The notes beneath the pieces are model-generated. The model was given only the letters and a program-made list of their open reading frames with translations, did not search any database and was not told the origin of the DNA. Position numbers and translations under genes: made by a program. From an uncultured Pseudohongiella sp. (lineage in GTDB: Bacteria; Pseudomonadota; Gammaproteobacteria; Pseudomonadales; Pseudohongiellaceae), in assembly GCA_951812715.1 (NCBI GenBank), contig OX638323.1, positions 1,776,577-1,840,576 of the forward strand: 64,000 bases of DNA. The letters are read 5' to 3'. This document shows, piece after piece, positions 19,644-27,044 of the stretch (position 1 is its first letter; each line of letters begins with the position of its first letter).

Positions 19644-20141
19644 ATGCACATCCGCGAAGCGACCGATAGGGATTTCAAGCAGATCTGGCCGATTTTCAGC
19701 ACCATCGTGGCCGCTGGCGACACCTACGGCTTCGATCCCGACACGAGTGAAGATGAAGCCCGGCGACTCTGGATGGAACTGCCGCGCAAGACTTTTGTGG
19801 CCGAACAGGACGGCAAGATCCTCGGCACCTACTATCTGAAATCCAACTTCGACGGGCCAGGCGCGCACGTCTGCAACTGCGGTTATATGGTCGCCCCCAC
19901 CGCCCGCGGCCAGGGGCTCGCCACCGCCATGTGCCGACACTCCGAGCAAATCGCGCTCGAACTCGGCTACCAGGCCATGCAATTCAATTTCGTCGCCGCC
20001 AGCAACGAAGGCGCCGTCCGATTGTGGGAAAGCCTGGGCTTCGAAGAAGTCGGCCGCCTGCCCAAGGCGTTCCGGCATCCCGCGCTAGGCCATGTGGACG
20101 CCCTGGTAATGTACAAGTTGCTGGCGCCGGCCGGCAGGTGA
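19644..20141 (+). CDS. GNAT family N-acetyltransferase
   Basis: ARGQGLATAM acetyl-CoA P-loop-like block, NEGAVRLWESLGFEEVG. Start at MHIREATDRDF (ATG 19644). Confidence 0.8.
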   Translation: MHIREATDRDFKQIWPIFSTIVAAGDTYGFDPDTSEDEARRLWMELPRKTFVAEQDGKILGTYYLKSNFDGPGAHVCNCGYMVAPTARGQGLATAMCRHSEQIALELGYQAMQFNFVAASNEGAVRLWESLGFEEVGRLPKAFRHPALGHVDALVMYKLLAPAGR

Positions 20142-20243
20142 GCGGTCAATAGATGCATCGCCGTTTGCATCGGATAACTCTTCCGCATTTTTGCAAGGAG
20201 TTTCTCCAGCGTATCGATACCGAAAGCATGGCAGTCTGCATCG

Positions 20244-21047
20244 GTGCTAGTATTCCGCATCGTGAATCTGCAGTTGAATATTCGCCTAGCTTCCGGTTAC
20301 CAAAGCGCGAGTCAGAAAGCCCGTGTGGTTACGGAAGACTGGTTCTCAAAAAATTTTTACTGTCCCGCGTGTCAATCGGGTAAAGTTCACTCTCTTAGAG
20401 CAAATGCGCCGGTTCTGGATTTCAATTGTTCGGCTTGTTCGGCTACGTACCAATTTAAGAGCAAAAAAGGATCCTTTGGTGGCACGGTTACAAACTCGGC
20501 TTATCAAAAAAAGATCGAAGCAATCCAAAACGGAAATGCACCCCACTACGCTTTTCTTCAATACTCAAACCTCGATTGGCAGGTAAAGAAACTTTTTCTC
20601 GTCCCGGGGCATTTCTTCACGCCTGCCCTGATTGCACGCAGGAAACCGTTAGCGTCATCGGCCCGTAGGGCGGGCTGGGAAGGATCCAACATATTGCTTA
20701 CAAAACTTCCTGAAGACGCAATTATCGAAGTGGTAACCAATGGCGTGCCAAGAAATACTTCAGCAGTTCGTGATGAATGGTCCAAGTTTCGTTTCCTACA
20801 TACAGATAAGCGCACACTAGGAGGTTGGGGGGCCGCCGTTTTACTATGTGTGAGGGAGATGGTTCACCAGACGCAAAGCCCAGTCTTTTCGCTGGATGAA
20901 GTCTACATGCACAGCACGAACGCTCTGGCCGAGCAGTACCCCAATAACAACAACGTGAAAGCAAAGATTCGCCAGCAACTGCAAGTCCTGCGGGATGCTG
21001 GCATATTGACGTTCCTATCACCCGGACATTATGAGATCGTTGGCTGA
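20244..21047 (+). CDS. DpnI-like (type IIM, GmATC-directed) restriction endonuclease homologue
   Basis: Collinear with DpnI as I recall it. SQKARVVTEDW; Zn ribbon CPAC...CSAC; PVLDF...YQFKSKK (PD-(D/E)XK region); RRKPLASSARRAGWEGSNILL; C-terminal wHTH VKAKIRQQLQVLRDAGIL. Visibly lower GC than the flanks. Confidence 0.8.
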   Translation: MLVFRIVNLQLNIRLASGYQSASQKARVVTEDWFSKNFYCPACQSGKVHSLRANAPVLDFNCSACSATYQFKSKKGSFGGTVTNSAYQKKIEAIQNGNAPHYAFLQYSNLDWQVKKLFLVPGHFFTPALIARRKPLASSARRAGWEGSNILLTKLPEDAIIEVVTNGVPRNTSAVRDEWSKFRFLHTDKRTLGGWGAAVLLCVREMVHQTQSPVFSLDEVYMHSTNALAEQYPNNNNVKAKIRQQLQVLRDAGILTFLSPGHYEIVG

Positions 21048-21400
21048 CCGATTCCTACCGACAAAGATCCAGATTCCCGAATAATTCGAGTTGCAGCGCC
21101 AGCTTCAGCTACTATCCCCATCGGGCTTTTCGAGAGTCTGAGGTTCCGACAGTAAAAATTAGCCGGAACAGACACGCGGGAGATAACAAACCATGGGACA
21201 GCCATGCAGGGCTCTCGGCCGGGATTGTTGGCTAACCCATTCCTACCGACAAAAATCCAGATTCCCGAATAATTCGAGTCGTAGCGCGCGCTTCAGCTAC
21301 TATCCCATTTGGGCTTTTTTCTGGAGCCCGAGGCTCTGACCATCAGTTTAAGCCGGGACAGTAACACGGGAGGCAAATCATGTATCTGACAATCGCGCAA
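21035..21400. repeat. ~188-bp tandem direct repeat (2 copies), each carrying a gene-end-like motif, spacer, SD and ATG
   Basis: Copy A starts gagatcgttggctgaccgattcctaccgacaaagatccagattcccgaataattcgag (21035). Copy B starts gggattgttggctaacccattcctaccgacaaaaatccagattcccgaataattcgag (21223). Both continue through cttcagctactatccc...gggctttt...agccgg(a/g)aca...acgcgggag before an ATG. Confidence 0.8.
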
Positions 21401-21700
21401 GACGGCGGCGAGGTTGTGCGCAACCATCGGGTGGGGCGTCTAATCGCCAATCTGTTGCTTGAGAAGACGGGCGAGAAAGCCAGGGACGATATTGGAATTC
21501 TGACCAATGACGAGGATCTTGTTTTCACCGAACTACCGCTGGAGGAGCGCGAGAGGCTCTCGGCAAAAGTCGACCAGATTTGGGGGGACTTGATCGTGGC
21601 GCTCGAAGACGCCAGAAAGGGCTTCCATGTCGATCTAGGCGGCCCACCAGCGGTGGGCACAATCGAAGCCGAGGTATATGACGAGGACATGCCATGGTAA
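21380..21700 (+). CDS. hypothetical acidic protein (106 aa)
   Basis: ATG preceded by gggagg SD inside repeat copy B. No recognisable motifs. Confidence 0.4.
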   Translation: MYLTIAQDGGEVVRNHRVGRLIANLLLEKTGEKARDDIGILTNDEDLVFTELPLEERERLSAKVDQIWGDLIVALEDARKGFHVDLGGPPAVGTIEAEVYDEDMPW

Positions 21701-21792
21701 TGATTGGCACAGAACTGGAATTTTCGCGATTTCGGGCTAGTGACTCGGGCAGCATTGTGTGTGTTCTGTTGACAGCCCTGCCCGCCATCCCC

Positions 21793-21990
21793 CCATGTTG
21801 GTCCCGGCGTACACCGAAAACTATCGCGCTCGCCTTTCGTCCATACCGATAACGCTGCAGACGGTTGACAGCATTACCGGCGAAGGCGAAGTCTTTCTAA
21901 CGCTTGAAGGCAATAAGTTTACGGTAAAGGAATCTTCGGCGGTATGAGCACGGTCGCCACCGTGGCGCATCTGTAAAACGAACCTCAGGC
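21793..21990 (+). pseudogene. decayed paralogue of the CHRD-domain gene at 22659-23096
   Basis: YTENYRARLSSIPITLQTVDSITGEGEVFLTLEGNKFTV parallels QTETYRARLSPMPTTPQTVDSITGEGEVLLSLEGNMLTV. After a frame change, GMSTVATVAHL then a stop parallels GMSTVATVAHLHNGP. The signal peptide is missing. Confidence 0.8.
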
Positions 21991-22118
21991 TCATCCAGGT
22001 CAACGAACTAAATTTCGCGAAAATTTGTACCTGCGCCGCCCGGCGGTCTACGCTTGTTGCAGGAGGCATTGCCGGTCCAGGCAAGCCGGTCCGGGAACGG
22101 AATTGGACGGGAGAGGAG

Positions 22119-22466
22119 ATGGGAATGAACTGGGAACCGGTCGTATCTTTTTCGAAGCAGAATACATTGTTCGGCATTACACTGCTGGTGCTGCTGTATT
22201 TCGGCAACGGCCTGAGCAATGACATTGCTCGAGTGGACGACAGAATCGATAACATTGACGACAAGATCGACATCATCGACGGGAGGATCGATAGCATAGA
22301 AGGCAGGATCGATCGCATCGAAGCCAGGATCGATGGTATCGAAGGCAAGATTGATCTGCTCAGGCGGGAAATGTATCAGGAACATACGGAAATGCGGGCA
22401 TCCATAGCGGGTTTGAGTGAACGGCTGGGACGAGTCGAAACGGCAATCGCAATACCCGGCTGCTGA
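22119..22466 (+). CDS. N-terminally membrane-anchored coiled-coil protein with six perfect-register heptads
   Basis: TM LFGITLLVLLYFG, then DDRIDNI DDKIDII DGRIDSI EGRIDRI EARIDGI EGKIDLL. 115 aa. Confidence 0.55.
   Translation: MGMNWEPVVSFSKQNTLFGITLLVLLYFGNGLSNDIARVDDRIDNIDDKIDIIDGRIDSIEGRIDRIEARIDGIEGKIDLLRREMYQEHTEMRASIAGLSERLGRVETAIAIPGC
22236..22361 (+). repeat. 6 x 21-bp in-frame tandem repeat encoding the heptads
   Basis: gacgacagaatcgataacatt / gacgacaagatcgacatcatc / gacgggaggatcgatagcata / gaaggcaggatcgatcgcatc / gaagccaggatcgatggtatc / gaaggcaagattgatctgctc. Six GATC sites lie in the last five units. Confidence 0.9.
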
Positions 22467-22658
22467 TCCCTCCCGGCCGCAGAGATCCCTGATCCAAGCA
22501 CGGCGTGCGCAATACGCCAGCCCTCTCGAATTCATGGAATTGTTCCGGCCATTCAAGGGCGGCGCTTGTGCCGCGTGGATAGCCGGCCGGGCCAATTCTG
22601 TACGTTCGCCGCGCAGTGTTCTAACATCGGGCCTGTTTTTTAACAGGAGATAATCAAC

Positions 22659-23096
22659 ATGCCGGCTCGCAGCATTTGCCAGATCCTGTTGACGATTCTA
22701 CTCATGGTTCCCGTGTTGGTCTGGGCGCAGACCGAAACCTATCGCGCCCGCCTTTCGCCCATGCCGACCACGCCCCAGACGGTGGACAGCATCACCGGAG
22801 AAGGCGAAGTCTTGCTGTCGCTGGAAGGCAATATGTTGACTGTCAGCGGGACTTTCGACGGCATGAGCACGGTTGCCACCGTGGCGCATCTGCATAACGG
22901 CCCGCCGGCTCAGCCCGGCCCGGCGGTGCATCAGCTCGTGGTCACCGCCGCCACCGGCGGTGAGATCAGCGGCGAAATCGAATTGACCGACGAGCAGGTC
23001 GAAGCGCTGCGCGCCAATTCGCTCTACTTGCAGATCCATAGCGAAGGCAATCCTGCCGGCGAGTTGCGCGGCTGGATTTTCGCTCGCGCCGAGTGA
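22659..23096 (+). CDS. secreted CHRD-domain protein
   Basis: Signal peptide ILLTILLMVPVLVWAQ. VAHLHNGPPAQPGPAV and LYLQIHSEGNPAGELRG blocks are typical of CHRD. Confidence 0.75.
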   Translation: MPARSICQILLTILLMVPVLVWAQTETYRARLSPMPTTPQTVDSITGEGEVLLSLEGNMLTVSGTFDGMSTVATVAHLHNGPPAQPGPAVHQLVVTAATGGEISGEIELTDEQVEALRANSLYLQIHSEGNPAGELRGWIFARAE

Positions 23097-23196
23097 TCCA
23101 GGGTTTCGCCGTCAAGCCAACGTGACAGCGATGAGACTGGTTACGATTTGCCCACTCTCCATGCGATTCCGGTGAGCAAATGATGAGGACTGGACG

Positions 23197-25317
23197 ATGA
23201 TGGATTTCCGCAAGATCTGGATTGCCGGCGGCGGCGCATGCCTCTTGTTCGCGGCTTGCGCGCCCCGGGACAGCGCTCCGGAACAAGCCGCGGAAGCTGA
23301 ATTGATTTTCACCGCCCAGGCCGAAGCCGGCGCGGCGGCCTACACCGCCAATTGCGCCGCCTGTCATGGCGCCGAACTCGAAGGCACAATTCTCGGCCCT
23401 TTGCTGATCGGGCAGTCTTTCGTCCGGCGTTGGGGCACACAGACTCCGTCCCTGCTGCTCGGCAATATCCAGTCCAATATGCCTCCTGGCGGCGCCGGCA
23501 ACATGACCGATGAGGACTATCTCAATATCGTCGCCCACATGCTGGCGATGAACGGTGTCGACAGTGTCAGCAATGCGCTCACTAGAGCCAGCGATTTCGT
23601 CATTGCAGAGAATATTTCGCGCGTCGTGGCTTTGCGCCGGCCCCCGGAGCCGCCGGCGCCCCAGGGACTTACCGTGGCCGGTAATACCGAAGACTTCGTT
23701 CCTTTCGCGCCACTTACCGCGGAAATGCTGCGCGATCCCGATCCGGCCGACTGGCCGATGCACCGGCGCAATTTTTTCGGCCACAGTTACAGCCCGCTCG
23801 ATGAGATCAGTACGGAAAACGTCGCCGGCTTGAGCCTGGAATGGGTCTGGAACATGCACGAAGGCGATTCCGAACCGGCGCCGCTGGTATATAACGGCAT
23901 CGTCTACCTGATCAATCCGGGCAATGTGATTCAGGCCCTCGACGGCAAGACCGGCGAGTTGATCTGGGAGCATTGGACTGGCCCGGCCAATCGTCAGGAC
24001 ATGCGCAATATCGCCATGTACGAAGACAAGATCATCCAGGCCACTACCGATGCCCGGCTGGTGGCGCTCGACGCCCGCACCGGCGAGCAGGTGTGGGAGA
24101 CGGTCATTGCCGACAACAGCAAGGGCTTTGCGAATTCAAGCGGACCCATCGTAGCCGACGGCATGGTGATTTCGGGGCTGGCCGGCTGCGCCCGCTATAT
24201 CCCGGAAGACTGTTTCGTCAGCGCCTACGACGCCGACAACGGCGAATTGCTCTGGCAGTTCGAAACCATTGCCGAGGCGGGCCAGCCCGGCGGCGATACC
24301 TGGGGCGGCCTGGACGACCTGTTCCGCGCCGGCGGCGAAACCTGGATCACCGGCAGTTACGATCCGGAATTGCGGCTCACTTATTGGGGCACCGCCCAGC
24401 AGAAGCCCTGGGTTCCCGTCAGCCGCCACATGACGATCAACGACGTCGGCCTGTTCACCAACGCCACCATCGCGGTGAACGTGGATTCCGGCGAACTCGA
24501 CTGGTATTTCCAGCACGTGCCGGCGGAAGCGCTGGATCTCGATGAAGTATTCGAACGGGTGCTGATCGACCGCGGCGAGGAGAAATTCGTCTATTCCATT
24601 GGCAAGCACGGCATCCTCTGGAAGAACGACCGCGTCACCGGCGAGTTCAGCGGCTTTACCGAAACAGTCTTCCAAAACACCTTTACCCATATCGATCCAG
24701 AAACCGGCGCGGTGACCTATCGTGAGGACATCCAGAACGCGCAACTGGATGAGTGGACCTCGGCCTGCCCGAGCAGCGCCGGCGGCAAGGACTGGCATTC
24801 AATGACGTATCACCCGCCATCGGGATTGATCGTCGCGCCCTTGAGCCAGACCTGCCTGGAAAACGCCGCGCGCGAAGTCGCGCTGGTGCAGGGTGGCGGC
24901 GGGCTGGCGGCGAGTCGCAAGTTCTTCGAGATGCCCGGCACCGACGGCAATCTGGGCAAGGTCGGCGCCTATCACGCCGATACGCTGGAAGAGGTCTGGG
25001 CTCACGAGCAGCGCGCTTCGCTGCATACGGGCACAATTTCGACCGCGGGCGGCCTAGTCTTCGTCGGCGACCTCGACCGGCGTTTCAAAGCGTTCGATAT
25101 CGAAACCGGGGAAATTCTCTGGCAGACTCGCCTGGGCACCTCGGTGCAAGGTCATCCGGTGTCCTTCGCCATCGACGGCAAGCAATACATCGCCGTCACC
25201 ACGGCCCTCGGCGGCACCAGCCCGCGCACCGTGCCCGGCGTCATCGCAACCGAGATCACCTATCCGCGCTGGGGCAACGCGATCTACGTGTTTTCATTGC
25301 CCGAAGGCGTCCATTGA
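23197..25317 (+). CDS. lipoprotein: N-terminal c-type cytochrome domain fused to PQQ-dependent dehydrogenase beta-propeller
   Basis: Lipobox LLFAAC, haem motif CAACHG, then ~600 aa with repeated W-containing propeller blades (GELIWEH, GEQVWET, GELLWQF, GEILWQT). Confidence 0.75.
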   Translation: MMDFRKIWIAGGGACLLFAACAPRDSAPEQAAEAELIFTAQAEAGAAAYTANCAACHGAELEGTILGPLLIGQSFVRRWGTQTPSLLLGNIQSNMPPGGAGNMTDEDYLNIVAHMLAMNGVDSVSNALTRASDFVIAENISRVVALRRPPEPPAPQGLTVAGNTEDFVPFAPLTAEMLRDPDPADWPMHRRNFFGHSYSPLDEISTENVAGLSLEWVWNMHEGDSEPAPLVYNGIVYLINPGNVIQALDGKTGELIWEHWTGPANRQDMRNIAMYEDKIIQATTDARLVALDARTGEQVWETVIADNSKGFANSSGPIVADGMVISGLAGCARYIPEDCFVSAYDADNGELLWQFETIAEAGQPGGDTWGGLDDLFRAGGETWITGSYDPELRLTYWGTAQQKPWVPVSRHMTINDVGLFTNATIAVNVDSGELDWYFQHVPAEALDLDEVFERVLIDRGEEKFVYSIGKHGILWKNDRVTGEFSGFTETVFQNTFTHIDPETGAVTYREDIQNAQLDEWTSACPSSAGGKDWHSMTYHPPSGLIVAPLSQTCLENAAREVALVQGGGGLAASRKFFEMPGTDGNLGKVGAYHADTLEEVWAHEQRASLHTGTISTAGGLVFVGDLDRRFKAFDIETGEILWQTRLGTSVQGHPVSFAIDGKQYIAVTTALGGTSPRTVPGVIATEITYPRWGNAIYVFSLPEGVH

Positions 25318-25496
25318 CCCGATTGGACCAAAGCAGCATTTCCGCCTTGCTTCGACATAAACCCCACTGAATCGGACAGCCGTGGCGGCCTGCGTGTATA
25401 ATGCCGCCACATCTACATGAATTCTCCCTCCAACAAGTTCGCTGCAAAGGCGACCGGCAAATCTGCTTCCCGAGACGCCATGGACGAAGTTTCCAA
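25196..25496 (+). repeat. direct repeat copy 1 (last ~120 nt of the PQQ-dehydrogenase gene + intergenic + first ~80 nt of rnr)
   Basis: Collinear with 28009-28309 at a constant offset of 2813 nt, with roughly ten mismatches by eye. Confidence 0.9.
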
Positions 25497-25584
25497 GGCC
25501 GCCGCCATCAGCCGTTATCTGATAGCCCGTTACGGAGATAAATCGACGATCCACGGCCCTGGAATGCCTGGAGTTGCGCGCTAA
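25417..25584 (+). pseudogene. duplicated rnr 5' fragment reading into foreign DNA (chimeric 55-codon ORF)
   Basis: MNSPSNKFAAKATGKSASRD matches the first 19 of 20 residues of rnr at 28230 (R-D here, R-E there). It diverges after about codon 26 and stops at 25582-25584. Confidence 0.8.
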
Positions 25585-25702
25585 AGAGGACGAATGGGTA
25601 TGCTATGTTTACTTCCTGGTTCGACCCAAGAAGCATCGCCGCAACGAGGCATCGCAACTGTGATCGTCGTTCACGTCACTGCGGCGCGTTTCGTTCGTGA
25701 CG

Positions 25703-26410
25703 TTACAGCAGCGTCGCGAGCAGCTGCTCTACATCGGCGTAGATATCATCTGACTTCATGACGAGTCCGTCCACCATTAGGCGAAACTGTTTAGCCTTGG
25801 TGAACCACACAAACTCGGTATAGCTTTTGCCACTAGGCGCTTTGAATGCGCGATAGATCATCGGATAACCATTGACGTACGAATCAATGGTCTCGCTGGG
25901 TATTTGATAGTGGCTCCCGGCAGCCACATAGTCGTACTCCTCGAGAATCACTCGCCCAACATCCGGTAGCGTAAACAGACGGACGAGCCCAGTCCAACCA
26001 CCGTCTACAAACCCCCCGGCTGTCCTCACCCCATCCAGTCTTCCGCTCGCAAGCATCGTTCGGGTGACAGATGACGGTACAACACGCAGCACGTTAAGCA
26101 ACGACTCGACGTCCGGCATGGTTTTCACTACGGGAGAAGACGCTCCGAATGCCCGCTCAACAGAGGAAGCCTTTTCTTCGTCGACCTCAATCCATCCGAG
26201 GGTTTTCTGCTGCTCGATGAACGATCGCAGTGTCGCTTCTTGCAGACTTCGCGACGCTCCCGTTACGGCCGGCAGGACTTCAACATGGCCCGGTTTCTCT
26301 TCACCTGTGGCGATCGGATTTGAGGGCCTGCTGACTTGCCCAAGCACGGCACTCGAAAGCCCAACAACGATTAGCGAAATACAGATCAAAACAATTCGTG
26401 GATATTGCAT
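25703..26410 (-). CDS. hypothetical secreted protein (inside the foreign insert)
   Basis: MQYPRIVLICISLIVVGLSSAVLGQ signal/anchor. Lower-GC region. No recognisable motifs. Confidence 0.5.
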   Translation of the reverse strand: MQYPRIVLICISLIVVGLSSAVLGQVSRPSNPIATGEEKPGHVEVLPAVTGASRSLQEATLRSFIEQQKTLGWIEVDEEKASSVERAFGASSPVVKTMPDVESLLNVLRVVPSSVTRTMLASGRLDGVRTAGGFVDGGWTGLVRLFTLPDVGRVILEEYDYVAAGSHYQIPSETIDSYVNGYPMIYRAFKAPSGKSYTEFVWFTKAKQFRLMVDGLVMKSDDIYADVEQLLATLL

Positions 26411-26446
26411 AGCAGTCTCCTCAAGCAGAATGCGCATGCGGCGCAC

Positions 26447-26915
26447 CTACCACTGCGTGATGTTACAGGTCGTGGCGAACGTAAGACCCAGGAAAACGGT
26501 CATGCCCATATATGGATCAAACCAATAGTGCGCGCCGTGCGCATGCCATTCTGGAAACGCATGCGTATCGCCGGCATATGAGCGCCATGTGTAGTCCAAA
26601 TTGTCGATCTCATAGTGCATTCCATTCCAATTGGAGCCATCGGCAAGAGCATATCCCCCCTTATTAATTATGGACTGTCGAGGTTATCAGCCAGCGATCG
26701 GTTCCGTCCAACTGATTCCACGAAACGCTCTCATTCATGTAGATGCCGAGCCACGGAATATAGGGCAGCGTGATGCCGCAGTTGGCCAAACTAAACCAGC
26801 TCAGCACAGCATGTGCGGGAATCGTTGCACCGGTTGCAAACAGCAAAAAGAAAGCTGCACGAACAGTCAGTTTCTTTGGCACGGTATTTTCCTTCTCCAA
26901 ACAAAACCGCATCAA
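26447..26915 (-). pseudogene. possible frameshifted gene for a small aromatic-rich exported protein
   Basis: Frame 1 (26915-26664) gives signal peptide KKLTVRAAFFLLFATGATIPAHA and stops at taa taa. A second frame, open from ~26690, continues IINKGGYALADGSNWNGMHYEIDNLDYTWRSY...GLTFATTCNITQW to the stop at 26449-26447. The two frames overlap by ~25 nt. Confidence 0.3.
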
Positions 26916-27044
26916 TCCGCTTGGGATCGACCCCTTTTATCACACAGATCGCGGTGAGCGTAACGTATATACGGAGTAGCCAAAAGGGAGAGCCTTGTCC
27001 AACGAGACATGAGCCTGTAGCGTGGTATCCGGGATCATCGGAGC

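Noticed and set aside
21193-21237. 14-codon ORF MGQPCRALGRDCWL behind the SD of repeat copy A, as a possible micropeptide or leader peptide.
   Set aside because: It is better explained as a by-product of the tandem duplication or deletion, since its end copies the end of the DpnI-like gene. There is no independent evidence of function.
21035-21240. Possibility that the repeated gttggct(g/a)ac junctions are integron attC/core sites (GTTRRRY) marking gene cassettes.
   Set aside because: GTTGGCT and its complement GTTAGCC both violate the RRR positions. No imperfect attC palindrome of the usual form and no intI gene is visible in the window.
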